Virus record (IMG/VR): IMGVR_UViG_2630968879_000020
Coordinates: 32,001-96,000 of that record
From: a virus
Taxonomy: Duplodnaviria > Caudoviricetes
Length of the DNA stretch: 64,000 nucleotides
Strand: one strand, 5' to 3'
Shown: positions 10,045 through 20,600 of the stretch, piece after piece
Layout of the letters: each line of letters opens with the position of its first letter
Numbering within the stretch: position 1 is the first letter of the stretch
Program-made: the position numbers and the translations under genes
The notes under the pieces: model-generated
What the model was told of the DNA's origin: nothing
Database searches by the model: none
The model's input: the letters and a program-made list of their open reading frames with translations, nothing else

Positions 10045-11610
10045 ATGGAAGTTGAATCTTTAGACCAAAAAGTATTGAAGGAATTAGTCAGTCGCCGTCA
10101 TCCCGAATATGAGGGACGACTAGAGCATTGGAATTTCTTGGCAGCCACTTATGCTGGTGGACGTAATTGGTTCCAACACAATATTTTTCGTTATTTCAAA
10201 GAAGGTGATAAGGAATTTAAGGAGCGTCTGGAACGCGCCTATCGCTTCAACCACACACGCGAAGTGGTCAACCTTATCAACAAGTACATCTTCAGAGAAA
10301 ACATTTCTCGTGAGCGATCTGATGCCCCTGATGCAGTAAAAGCATTCTGGGATCGAGCCACCCGTGAACAAATGACGCTTGATGAACTGATGTCTGCAAT
10401 TGATATTCAAACATCAATCTTTGGTCGGATCTGGATTGTCGTTGATTCAACAATGAAAGATGTTGAGGTGACTTCTTTAGCCGATGAGAAAAAAGCGGAT
10501 GCTCGTGCTTACGCCTACTGGTTGCCGCCCCAGCAAATGTTGGACTTCGCCTATGACGATGATGGCAACCTGCTTTGGGTACTAACACATGAACTGGTGC
10601 GTGATGATGCCAACCCGTTCACCTCATCCGGTGATTTACAAAATCGGTATCGGCTGTGGACGCGGGAAAGTTGGTTTCTGTTCCGTGAAGTTAAGGCCAA
10701 GAAAGGAAACGCTAAGCAAGCACAAATTGAGCTGGAGAATTATGGTGAACACAAATTAGGTGTTGTGCCTGTGTTCCCTGTGGATTGTATGGGAAATGCC
10801 CAGTCACGGTATTTCAGCCCGTCATTAATTGATGATATCGCATACCTTGATAGGGCTGTTGCTAACTACCTTTCTAACCTTGATGCCATTATCCAAGATC
10901 AGACTTTTAGCCAATTGGCTATTCCTGTTCAGGCGATGATGCCGGGCGATGAAAATCATACGAAGGTTTTGGAATTTGGCACAAAACGCGTCTTTACCTA
11001 CGATGCTGAGGGTGGATCGCAGCCATTTTATATGTCGCCAGATCCGAAACAGGCATCAATGATCATTCAGACCGTTCAAACCGTTATCAATGAGATTTAC
11101 CACTCAGTCGGTGTGGCTGGTGAACGAACCAAACAGGATAATGCAAAAGGTATAGATAACAGTTCAGGGGCGGCAAAAGCCTACGATTTTCAGCGTGTAA
11201 ATAGCTTATTGATCACCAAAGCTGAACGATTACAGCGCGCAGAGCGGCAGATGCTTTATTTGGCTGCGAAATGGATGGGGCAGGAGAAAACACAGGAAGA
11301 AATCGACGAATTGGTCGCATATCCTGAAAGTTTTGACGTTCGTGGCCTGATGGATGAATTTGATGTTGCTAAACAGCTTAAAGAAATCGAAGCACCTGAA
11401 TCAGTACGTCGTCACCAGATGGATATTCTGATCGAAAAAATCTTTCCAAACGTTTCTAAGGAGATGCGAAGTGCCTTTGATAAGGATTTAGAGGAATTTC
11501 CGCCAAAAAATAATCAATTAATGCTTGAAAGTAAGTATTTAAATACCTATGATTCAAGTAATAAAAAGGATCAAGAAACCGATCCGAAATCGACTCAAGA
11601 GACTGAGTGA
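10045..11610 (+). CDS. Portal protein
   Basis: 521 aa after terL; LGVVPVFPV and SGAAKAYD portal-like motifs. Confidence 0.85.
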   Translation: MEVESLDQKVLKELVSRRHPEYEGRLEHWNFLAATYAGGRNWFQHNIFRYFKEGDKEFKERLERAYRFNHTREVVNLINKYIFRENISRERSDAPDAVKAFWDRATREQMTLDELMSAIDIQTSIFGRIWIVVDSTMKDVEVTSLADEKKADARAYAYWLPPQQMLDFAYDDDGNLLWVLTHELVRDDANPFTSSGDLQNRYRLWTRESWFLFREVKAKKGNAKQAQIELENYGEHKLGVVPVFPVDCMGNAQSRYFSPSLIDDIAYLDRAVANYLSNLDAIIQDQTFSQLAIPVQAMMPGDENHTKVLEFGTKRVFTYDAEGGSQPFYMSPDPKQASMIIQTVQTVINEIYHSVGVAGERTKQDNAKGIDNSSGAAKAYDFQRVNSLLITKAERLQRAERQMLYLAAKWMGQEKTQEEIDELVAYPESFDVRGLMDEFDVAKQLKEIEAPESVRRHQMDILIEKIFPNVSKEMRSAFDKDLEEFPPKNNQLMLESKYLNTYDSSNKKDQETDPKSTQETE

Positions 11611-11633
11611 TTTATTTACAAGGAAAGTAAGCA

Positions 11634-12500
11634 ATGGATTTAGGGTTCAAGTTGATGGCTCGTCGCGGCATTTTAATGAGCGAAGCTGATGATGGTACAC
11701 AGGGCGGTAGTGGGGGTGGTGCTCCAACTTCACTGCCAGAAAAAATCCCAGATGCAAGCACGGACGGTTATTCAGAACTTTCACAAGAAGAACTAATCGC
11801 TCGTCTGAAAGTGGCTGATACGGAAAAAGCAAATCTCATCAAAGAAACGATGAAACGCAAAACTGATAACAAGACACTGGCGGAAAAATTAGCGGCATTT
11901 GGTGATGCAACCCCTGAGCGAGTATCTGAATTACTGGCTGCTCAACAGGCTGCGGAAGAAGAAAAACAACGCCGTGAACAAGAGGAACAAGAGAAACGTG
12001 GTGAGTTTGATGCCGTCAAAAAACAGATGGTTGACGCTCATAAAGCCGAGCTGGAAGGCCGTGATGATCAAATCACAACTTTGAACAGCGAAAAGCAGGC
12101 TCTGCGTTCTCAGATCCTTGAACTAACAGTAGGTTCGGCGTTCTCCGGCTCAAACTTCTTACGTGAAGAAACGCTGATCACACCAAGCAAAGCTCGTGTG
12201 ATTTACGGTACTCATTTTGAAGTCGGCGAGGACGGTAGTGTTCTTGGTTATGATAAACCCGCCGGAACTAAAGATCGGGCTATCTTAGTTGATGGTAACG
12301 GTAGTGCTTTAGGTTTTGAGCAGGCCATTGAACGCATTCTGAAAGCTGACCCTGAATCTGATGCTTTACTACGCAGCAAAGCCAAACCGGGGGCGGGTTC
12401 AAAGAGTGATCCTGTACTGGAAAAACAGCCGGTGTCGAAAGAAAAGAGTTCTCTCGACAAAATTGCTGGCGGACTTGCCAAGTTACGAGCCGGTAAGTAA
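11634..12500 (+). CDS. Capsid scaffolding protein
   Basis: Coiled coil with KPGAGSK tail, between portal and capsid genes. Confidence 0.75.
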   Translation: MDLGFKLMARRGILMSEADDGTQGGSGGGAPTSLPEKIPDASTDGYSELSQEELIARLKVADTEKANLIKETMKRKTDNKTLAEKLAAFGDATPERVSELLAAQQAAEEEKQRREQEEQEKRGEFDAVKKQMVDAHKAELEGRDDQITTLNSEKQALRSQILELTVGSAFSGSNFLREETLITPSKARVIYGTHFEVGEDGSVLGYDKPAGTKDRAILVDGNGSALGFEQAIERILKADPESDALLRSKAKPGAGSKSDPVLEKQPVSKEKSSLDKIAGGLAKLRAGK

Positions 12501-12564
12501 TTAACAAGGGGAACTGGACGTTCCCCTCTAGCAAAATTTGTGTGTATACTAAAGGGAATTTACG

Positions 12565-13449
12565 ATGCCATTACTACGAGAAGAAGCTGAAAAGCTGTCT
12601 AATAACACGCTTGAACAGGGTGTTATTGAAACCATTATCGACCGTGAAGACTTGTTTGCGGTATTGCCGTTCATGAAAGTGGACTCAAAGGCATACCTGT
12701 ATAACCGTGAATCTGAACTAAGCGAAGCACAATTTATCGATGTGAATGATGAAGTACCGGAAGGTGCGGCAAAGTTCTCTGAACATGTTGCTAAACTGCG
12801 CATTTTGGCAGGCGATGTGGACGTTGATAAATTCCTGTCCTCTACAATGGGCGACACGAATAGCCAGATGGCTATTCAAATCCGTTCCAAAGTAAAAGGT
12901 CTGGCTCGTGCATTCCGTCGCAACCTGATCCTCGGTGATAGCTCCTCTAACGCTAAAACCTTTGACGGTATTCCTAAGCTGATCCACAACGACCAGAAAA
13001 TCATTGCTGACTCTTCAATGACGTTCTCCATGCTGGATGAGCTGGTTGATGCGGTCAAAGACTTAGGTGCTGATGCAATCATGATGCGTTCTGAGCATAT
13101 CCGTGCATACCGTGCTCTGCTGCGTACCGTGAACGTCGGCCCTACTGAAATCATGATCGAAAACTTTGGTCGTCCAATGTTGACTCACAACGGTGTACCA
13201 TTCCTTGTGAATGATTTCATTCCAAAAACCAGTGATACAAAAGCGCAGAAAGCCGACATTTACTGTCTACATCTGAGCGAAGAGAACGGTCTGACGGGTC
13301 TGTACGGTGGTGATAATGCAGGTATCGTTGTTGAAGATATCGGTACTGTACAGAACAAAGATGCCACCCGTACCCGTGTTAAATGGTATTGCTCTCTGGC
13401 AAACAAACACGACAAAGCTATCGCGGCTCTGACAGGCGTAGCTCTGTAA
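12565..13449 (+). CDS. Major capsid protein
   Basis: AGDVDVDKF and FDGIPKL motifs, position, strong terminator downstream. Confidence 0.88.
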   Translation: MPLLREEAEKLSNNTLEQGVIETIIDREDLFAVLPFMKVDSKAYLYNRESELSEAQFIDVNDEVPEGAAKFSEHVAKLRILAGDVDVDKFLSSTMGDTNSQMAIQIRSKVKGLARAFRRNLILGDSSSNAKTFDGIPKLIHNDQKIIADSSMTFSMLDELVDAVKDLGADAIMMRSEHIRAYRALLRTVNVGPTEIMIENFGRPMLTHNGVPFLVNDFIPKTSDTKAQKADIYCLHLSEENGLTGLYGGDNAGIVVEDIGTVQNKDATRTRVKWYCSLANKHDKAIAALTGVAL

Positions 13450-13466
13450 TAGGCGCAGGTGACCGA

Positions 13467-13497
13467 AAGGGGTGAGGCGAAAGCCCACCCTTTTTTC
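13467..13497 (+). terminator. Rho-independent terminator
   Basis: AAAGGGGTGAGGC-GAAA-GCCCACCC followed by a T-run. Confidence 0.75.
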
Positions 13498-13514
13498 TTA
13501 TAGGGGGAGTAATT

Positions 13515-13763
13515 ATGACCGAAAAGCAAGTGAAATTGACTGAAAGTTCAATGCGTGGTTATAACGGGCATCTGTTTATGACCGAGTTTCAAAATGGCAA
13601 AACAATAACGCCGGTATCTCAACGAAAGCAGGATCGTATTTTGGCTACCGTTCGTTCTGAAATTGCCGCTAAACCGGCAACGAAAGAGTTGGAAACAATG
13701 CCGCCAGTCACACCACCGATTAAAGAGCCTAGCGTATCGGAAGACAAACACGAAGAAAGTTAA
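13515..13763 (+). CDS. Hypothetical virion-associated protein
   Basis: 82 aa; N-terminus resembles the next ORF (VKLTE..GYNG..F.NG versus VKLLE..GYTG..FENG). Confidence 0.6.
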   Translation: MTEKQVKLTESSMRGYNGHLFMTEFQNGKTITPVSQRKQDRILATVRSEIAAKPATKELETMPPVTPPIKEPSVSEDKHEES

Positions 13764-13812
13764 GTAATAACAGTAGTGCGGTCGGGATGACCGCACCTTC
13801 TCATTAAGGAAA

Positions 13813-14250
13813 GTGAAAATGAAACCCGCCAAAGTAAAACTCTTGGAATCAGCATTTTCCGGTTATACCGGTGTCATGTCTGGTGTCATGTTTGAGAACG
13901 GTGTAAGTAAAACCGCTATTCCGTTTATTGATCAACAGCGGATATGTTCAATTATGAAAGCCGAAACCGTGGAGGGTAAAAATGTGAGTGGGGCGGCTGC
14001 ATTAGCCGAATCTCGTGAAATTACAGCAAAACAAGCGTTGGAACTGGAAACAAAAGCAACGCCAACCACTGAATTACTGCGTGAAGGAGAAAATGATCTT
14101 CCTATTATCCGATTCACACGAAATGAACTGGAAGCGTTGGCTGATAAAGGCGGGATTGCTGCTTTGCGTAAAATTGGTAACGAGTTCAATGTGCGTGAAA
14201 AATCAATTGAAGCGATGATCGAAAGTATCCTCAACGTGGCAGGTGAATAA
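13813..14250 (+). CDS. Hypothetical virion-associated protein
   Basis: ORF in the head operon, apparently paralogous to 13515. Confidence 0.65.
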   Translation: MKMKPAKVKLLESAFSGYTGVMSGVMFENGVSKTAIPFIDQQRICSIMKAETVEGKNVSGAAALAESREITAKQALELETKATPTTELLREGENDLPIIRFTRNELEALADKGGIAALRKIGNEFNVREKSIEAMIESILNVAGE

Positions 14251-15089
14251 TGTCAAAACTGGACGTAATCAAATCAGGCGGTGTATCAGAAATTACTGTG
14301 ATGTTTGATGCGCTTGATATAGAGAAAGCCTCTTATTCATTGTTCGACATTGCCGGTAAAACGATTATTGCTGACCAAGACATTACTCTGAATAGCGGCG
14401 ATCTGAGCGCCTCCTTTTCTATCTCAGGTGAACATAACGTTTTAGCGGATGGCAAAACCAAAGACATGCGTCGTGTTGTGGTAAAAACAACTACAGCAAG
14501 TGGTCGGGTATCTGAATTTGAACAGTATTATGCTGTTATTGTCTCAATAGAATTAGCTGTACCCAGTGAATCTTTCATTACCCTGATGGAAGCAAAACTA
14601 GCTGCTATAGATATGTATTCCTCAGATGCATTTTTGTTCCTGAGTGATCATACTCAGCGTCAGGCCTTAATAGAGGCAACAAGACGCCTCAAGAATATGA
14701 AATTCAGTCTCAAGCGGATTTATAAGATATCGGATAGCGAATACGACCGACCTCAAAACGTGTTAGCGACTAATGCATTACCGTTTTATCTGGCTGGTGA
14801 ATTTAAAGGTGACGCAATTGATTTCTCTGAGCTGACAGAAGAAGAGTACCGAGCACTGCCTGATTATTTCCTCAATGATATGGCGCAAGCCTGCATGATT
14901 GAGGCTGTTTCTGTTGTGACTACCGGTGGTGCGGCAGATGCCCGTGATGAGGGCGTACTGTCTGAATCTATTGGTGAAACAACCAATATGTATCGTAGCG
15001 GCAGGGCAGCAACACAGGCATTGTCGCGTAAAACTTGGCGCTTAATTGCACGCTATACAGACAATGTGATTCGCATTCGCCGAGGGTGA
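14250..15089 (+). CDS. Head-tail adaptor
   Basis: ALIEATRRL and GVLSESIGETT motifs; position. Confidence 0.7.
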   Translation: MSKLDVIKSGGVSEITVMFDALDIEKASYSLFDIAGKTIIADQDITLNSGDLSASFSISGEHNVLADGKTKDMRRVVVKTTTASGRVSEFEQYYAVIVSIELAVPSESFITLMEAKLAAIDMYSSDAFLFLSDHTQRQALIEATRRLKNMKFSLKRIYKISDSEYDRPQNVLATNALPFYLAGEFKGDAIDFSELTEEEYRALPDYFLNDMAQACMIEAVSVVTTGGAADARDEGVLSESIGETTNMYRSGRAATQALSRKTWRLIARYTDNVIRIRRG

Positions 15090-15090
15090 T

Positions 15091-15444
15091 ATGAATATCA
15101 GTTGGCAATCAACCGCAACCATTTATCGTAAATCTGAAACATTGAATATTTATGGAGAACCTGAATTACAGTTTGCTGGAAAATCACCGGTCGGAATTGT
15201 TCGTTTTATTCAGGCATATGATCGTTCATCTGTACGAGCGGATAGTTCGGCATCACGAGGTAAAGCGGATATTGAGTTGTTTGATGCCGTTCTGATCTTC
15301 CCCGAAAAAACAAAGCTCAATATTGACGATGTGTTGTTGGTTGAAGGTGTGAAGTTGGAGATTAAAAGCATTCACAACAGATTCGGCTTAAGGGGCAAGG
15401 AGGGGCATTTTGAAGTGGGGGCAAACTTGTGGGTATCTCAGTAG
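15091..15444 (+). CDS. Head closure protein (putative)
   Basis: Position and size; NIYGEP motif. Confidence 0.6.
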   Translation: MNISWQSTATIYRKSETLNIYGEPELQFAGKSPVGIVRFIQAYDRSSVRADSSASRGKADIELFDAVLIFPEKTKLNIDDVLLVEGVKLEIKSIHNRFGLRGKEGHFEVGANLWVSQ

Positions 15445-15926
15445 ACATTGGTTCATTTAAACGTGTTCAGAAACGTTTGACGCACAGTCAGCATGCTCTC
15501 AAAAAGAACTTACTCAATGAATTACGGAAAATGGCGGTTGAAATGCAGAAGTATGCCCGCGCCATGATCCCCCGTGAGACAGGTAGCCTTGAAAGTGCTG
15601 TCTTCGCTCATGTTGTAAATAGAAGGGATGAGGTTCATGTGAATCTTTATGTTTCTGAGCACAAGAAACGTGAAGGATTTAATATTCGTGGTAAGTCCGT
15701 CAAGAGTGTTTCAGTCGGTCGTTATGCCAAATACATGCACAATGGACAATATCGGCTTGGGATATTGTCACGAATTAAACAGCAGAGTAACTACGCTACC
15801 AATATGCGGGTTAAAGTGGGTAAAGGGTTTATTGGACGAGCCGGTAATACTGTATGGAAACGTTACCGTAATGATCTAAAAGAGGCGGGCATAAGAGCGG
15901 GTTTTGGTCGAGGTCGATGGAAATGA
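15429..15926 (+). CDS. HK97 gp10-like tail completion protein
   Basis: IPRETGSLESA, YAKYMHNG; basic protein. Confidence 0.65.
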   Translation: MGISVDIGSFKRVQKRLTHSQHALKKNLLNELRKMAVEMQKYARAMIPRETGSLESAVFAHVVNRRDEVHVNLYVSEHKKREGFNIRGKSVKSVSVGRYAKYMHNGQYRLGILSRIKQQSNYATNMRVKVGKGFIGRAGNTVWKRYRNDLKEAGIRAGFGRGRWK

Positions 15927-16303
15927 TTTTAGAAGCATTTACTAAATATCTTGAATCAAAAGGAGTGGGAAAAATAGGAAAAGATCTGTTTTGCCACTAT
16001 ATGCCCCCCAAAATACCTCGTGGCTATCTGGTTATGTCGCCTAGCGATGGGATTAAAATTGATTCAGAGTTAAAAGGCTACTATCAAGACATTTTTCCGT
16101 TTATGATTAGAGCAGAAAGTATTGGAAAGGTTAACCAATTAAGTAATGTGGTTATGGAGCACCTTTCAGTACGTGATATTGAGATAAATGGAGTTTATTT
16201 CAATTTAATACAAGTCATTACATTGCCTACTATCTACCCCCAAAATGACGGAGGTTCTTTTGAAGCAGGCGTTGTGATAGAGTTCAGTTGTTATTTAAAA
16301 TAA
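15917..16303 (+). CDS. Tail terminator / minor structural protein
   Basis: YLESKGVG..GKDLF; lies just before the tail tube gene. Confidence 0.6.
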   Translation: MEMILEAFTKYLESKGVGKIGKDLFCHYMPPKIPRGYLVMSPSDGIKIDSELKGYYQDIFPFMIRAESIGKVNQLSNVVMEHLSVRDIEINGVYFNLIQVITLPTIYPQNDGGSFEAGVVIEFSCYLK

Positions 16304-16317
16304 GTAAGGGAATACTT

Positions 16318-16809
16318 ATGGCAGGTTCAAAAGTTGAAAATATTAAGCTAGGTGCATGTAACGTTTCTTTCAAAGGCGTTGATTTGGGTTATACCAAAGG
16401 CGGTGTAGAGGTGGAGGTTACTACTGACACACTGAAAGTGACGGTTGACCAGTTTGGTGAAACCACCGTTTCTGAACTGATTCAGGGGCGTAATATCAAA
16501 GTCACTGTACCACTGGCAGAAACTGTCCTTGAACGTCTGGCTACCGTAATGCCGGGGAGTGAAGTCGGCGGTGCGGGTGACGAAATTACCATCAAGACGG
16601 GTATTGGCATCAACCTTGTTGAAGTCGCTGAATCTCTGGTTCTGACACCGCTCAACAAAGATGATTACGTCCTGACTCTGCCACGTACTGCTACAGCAGG
16701 TAGCTTCACCATGGCATACAAGCATGATGATGTTCGTGTGTTCAATATTGAATTTAATGCTTACCCTGATGACAGTGGTGTATTGGGGAAAATGGCAAAA
16801 AAAAAGTAG
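16318..16809 (+). CDS. Major tail tube protein
   Basis: DLGYTKGGVEV...VDQFGET; ends in A-AAA-AAG-TAG. Confidence 0.85.
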   Translation: MAGSKVENIKLGACNVSFKGVDLGYTKGGVEVEVTTDTLKVTVDQFGETTVSELIQGRNIKVTVPLAETVLERLATVMPGSEVGGAGDEITIKTGIGINLVEVAESLVLTPLNKDDYVLTLPRTATAGSFTMAYKHDDVRVFNIEFNAYPDDSGVLGKMAKKK

Positions 16810-16972
16810 TTACTGAATCTGCTTCTAAAGATAAAAAATCTGAGGGAAGCAAAGTTCAGAATAATCAATCTGTGGCATAGCGCGATACAAACCAAGATTA
16901 ATTAATTTGATCTGGTAAGTATGTTTATACCTATTATATTATAGGGCTTCTATTTGAAGCCCTTTTTATTAC

Positions 16973-17302
16973 ATGGAGTTTAAGATGGCAAAATTACTTG
17001 ACCTTGATGCAATTGCCCCAAAACCTAAAGAAGTCACTTTGCGTGGCGTAAATTACAAAATGTCACCAATGACAGTTGGCCTGTTTGTACTGGCGCAGCA
17101 ATTCCAATCGCAGGATATTGAAAATCAAACTCCTGCTGAGCAATTAAAGGCAGGTATTGAGATTGTTCGCAAGCTGCTACCTGAAATGCCGGAAGCAGAA
17201 ATAGATAATCTGACTCCAGAACAGGTTCAGCAAATTGTTCTCTTTGCATTTCAGGAAGGTGAAGAAACCAATGAACGTCACGCTGGAGAAGACGCAAAGT
17301 AA
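16973..17302 (+). CDS. Tail assembly chaperone (gpG-like)
   Basis: Between the tube and tape measure genes; ends GCA AAG TAA. Confidence 0.8.
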   Translation: MEFKMAKLLDLDAIAPKPKEVTLRGVNYKMSPMTVGLFVLAQQFQSQDIENQTPAEQLKAGIEIVRKLLPEMPEAEIDNLTPEQVQQIVLFAFQEGEETNERHAGEDAK

Positions 17303-17652
17303 TAACCCGTCAAGAAAGCGGAGTCGAGATTGTTTCTATCGATTTTGGTTTCTACTTTTGTCGTGTTGTTGCTTTTTATGGCGAAACCACGGAATCGGTT
17401 ATCGCCATGCCGCTTGAACGGTTCTGGTTATTAAGTCGAAACATAGACCGCATCAAGTCAGAAGATGATATTCGTCGCTTGCAGACAGCAAGGGTTGCCC
17501 AGGCAACGGCGGATAGTTACACGGCATTTGAGAAAAGTTTACAGCAGCGATTGGGGCAGCCGGTCATTATGAAAAAGGTGTTGTCACCTTTCCATGCCGA
17601 GGCTGATCCAGATGCCGAATTGAAATTAAGGAATATATTCGGTAGGAGCTAA
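17296..17652 (+). CDS. Tail assembly chaperone gpT-like part, expressed by -1 frameshift
   Basis: The -1 frame is open from AAA GTA ATA ACC through the 17407 ORF to 17652. Confidence 0.7.
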   Translation, partial: KVITRQESGVEIVSIDFGFYFCRVVAFYGETTESVIAMPLERFWLLSRNIDRIKSEDDIRRLQTARVAQATADSYTAFEKSLQQRLGQPVIMKKVLSPFHAEADPDAELKLRNIFGRS

Positions 17653-17654
17653 GG

Positions 17655-20600
17655 ATGGCTGACTCATTAGGTTTTCGATTGTCGCTGGACAGCAAAGAGT
17701 TTGAGATAAAGATCGATAATGCGGGTCGTTTACTCAATCGTCTCTCCAATCAAGGTACAAAAGCCAGTACGGGTGTTAAGCGTTTAGAGGGCGGGTTTAG
17801 AGGTTTTGGTCGCACGTTGTCAGATACGATTACTACAATCGGTATGGCATCTTTTGCAATTGGAACACTAAAGACTGCCTTTTTTGATTGGCAAAAAACC
17901 ATTCTTGATAGCGCAGGAAAATTAGAACGCCTGCAAGTCATGTTACAAGGCTTGGCGACATCTTCGGATAAAGCAGCCGAGTCAATGCGAGACTTCCAAT
18001 ACATTATTTCATCGGCAAAACAAGCTCCTTTTTCTATTGATGCTATTTCAGATAGCTTCGTTAAATTAAAATCATCAGGAATAGATCCAACCAAAGGTTC
18101 TATGCAAGCTCTGGTTGACGCAACTGCTCGATTTGGTGGTGATAGTGAGCTTTTGAAACGGGCTACAATTGCAATCCAACAAATGTCTGGTAAAGGCGTT
18201 GTCTCGATGGAAGAACTTCGTCAACAACTTGGTGAAGCAATCCCTACCGCGATGCAATCAATGGCATTAGGTATGAACGTGTCAATGGCTGAATTGGTTA
18301 AAGCAGTTTCTAGCGGCTCTGTTCGTTCAAAAGATGCTATTGAATCAATGATGAACATTTTGGAAGCCTCATACGGCGGCTCTGCCAAGCGAATGATGAA
18401 CACCTATGTTGGTTTGTTATCACAAATGCAAACTAACGCCGCCCTTTTAGCCAAATCCATTGGTGACTCTGGTTATATGGATGCCGTTAAAGATGCAATT
18501 CGAGATATAAACAGCTTATTGGGTAGTAACGCGGCTGTTTACTATGGAGAGCAATTTGGCAAGATGGTTAAGGAAATTATTGACGCCTCTAAAGAAATGC
18601 TTGTTTGGATATTTAATAACAAAGAAATGCTACTGTCTTTAGGCTCAGCATTAATGCATATCGCTGGCGGTGTACTTGTTCTGTCCTTTTTTAAGTCAAT
18701 AACTGGTGCGTTAACAGGTTTTAACAGAATGATCGCAACGACTGTGACAAGTTCTGGCGGTCTAGCAAGACAAATGGTTTTAATCTCTCAACGTGCTTCT
18801 GGCATGGGGCAAAATCTTAACCTTGGAACAATTGCCATTGGAAGAATGAAACATGCTTGGCGTGGTTTAGACGCTGCTATGAAAGCCAATGCGATTATCT
18901 TTGCGGTTACTACGATTATCGAGGTTCTTGCTTTACTTGCATGGTGGTATGACAAAGTAAATGAAAGAGCCAAAAACGCGATGGAGACGGCTAAAAATAC
19001 GCCTGAATTGGTGACTGATGAACAAATGGAGGACTTAAAAAAAGCAAAGGAGAACCAATTAAAAGAATTAGAGGAAATTGAAAGAAAAATAAAATATCAG
19101 CAAGAGCTTATGCAACCTGCTTTAGAATATAAAAAGAGTGGTAAATCTCCCAACGAAGAAGCGTTGAATCAAGCTTTGGAAGTAGAAAAAGCCTTATTAA
19201 AGGAAAAAGAAAAAATTGCTGGAAAATTACAAAAATTACAAGATGCTTTAACTAATACCGAAATCGCTAAAGCTAAAATTGCGTATGAAAGAAAACTATC
19301 CCAACTTGAGAATAGTATTGAAAGAGAAGATGGGGTCAGAAAATCAGAGTTAAGATCCAAACTTGAGGCTCTTAATGCTGAAATGGTAGCGAAACTCAAC
19401 GCGGTAAAAAATGATACTGCGTTGCAACTTTCTATCCGGAAGGAATACGGTGAGAAAATGGGGGTTTTGTACAATGAGGAATTAGAACGTGGTAAAGAAA
19501 GTATTACCAAACAGGCAGATTTAACTCGAACTGAAATTAATCGCGTAATGAAAGAGTTAACTAAAGTTCGGACTCGGGCTGGAAATAATACAACTGATAT
19601 TCAGAAACAGCAGATTACTCAACTTGAAAACCAGCTATTATCCGCCACTAACTCTCTAAATAATTATGAAAAAATGTATCAAACCACCCTTGAACGTATA
19701 ACCAATTCTGCAAAGATGTTTATGGGGTCGATGATAGGTATTAATGGTGAGGCTATAGATGCTACATCCGATGCCCTCGGTGATAAATTAAAAACTATAG
19801 AGGATTCGAGCCGTAGAAATTCCGCATCAGCACGTTTAGGTAATGGTGAGAAAATAAAGACAATCGATGGTAGAACCGCCACCTCACAACAAGAATTGCA
19901 GACTCATTACAATATAGTGGATGCGCTTAAAGAAGAAAAAATTAACGTTGATAATCTTGAAGTTGCCTATAAAAATTTAAGTAAAAGTCATAAAGCAAGT
20001 ATAGATGCAGCAATGGCAAACGCACGTATGGCGGGTAATGCTGCGAATGAAAAGAAGGATAACTCCAAAGCTGAAAAAGCTAAACGTGAAGCTGAACGTA
20101 TGGCTGAGGCACATCGTAAGATCTTGAGCGATGCTGATGCTATGTCGGCAAAGATCGGTTTTGGGAGCCAAGAGGTTGTTAAATATAATCAATCATTAGA
20201 TGAATTGAGAAAAAGCCTTGAAAAACTCTCCAAGGCCTCTCCACAAGAAGGAATTTTGTCTCAAGAGCAGATAGATGATGCCACAGCGTGGTTGGCGGAA
20301 ATCAAAGCTGAAATAGAAAACGATGATTATCTAAATGCTTTGGCAAAAAACTCTGCTGATCAACTTATTTCAAAATGGGCGGGGTTTGCGAATACAGTTA
20401 AAGGTAATATGACACAATCCATTGCAGAAATGCGTAGCGAGTTTGAAAAGAATTACCAAGCAGCCGATAATTATTTTGCCAAGATTATCAAGGCAAATGA
20501 AAAAAATACCGAAGTTTATGAATATCTAGAAGCAGAGCAAGCAAAATTCCACGCTGGCAAAGAAGAAGCAATGGTGCGTATGACTGAAACCGCTACGGCG

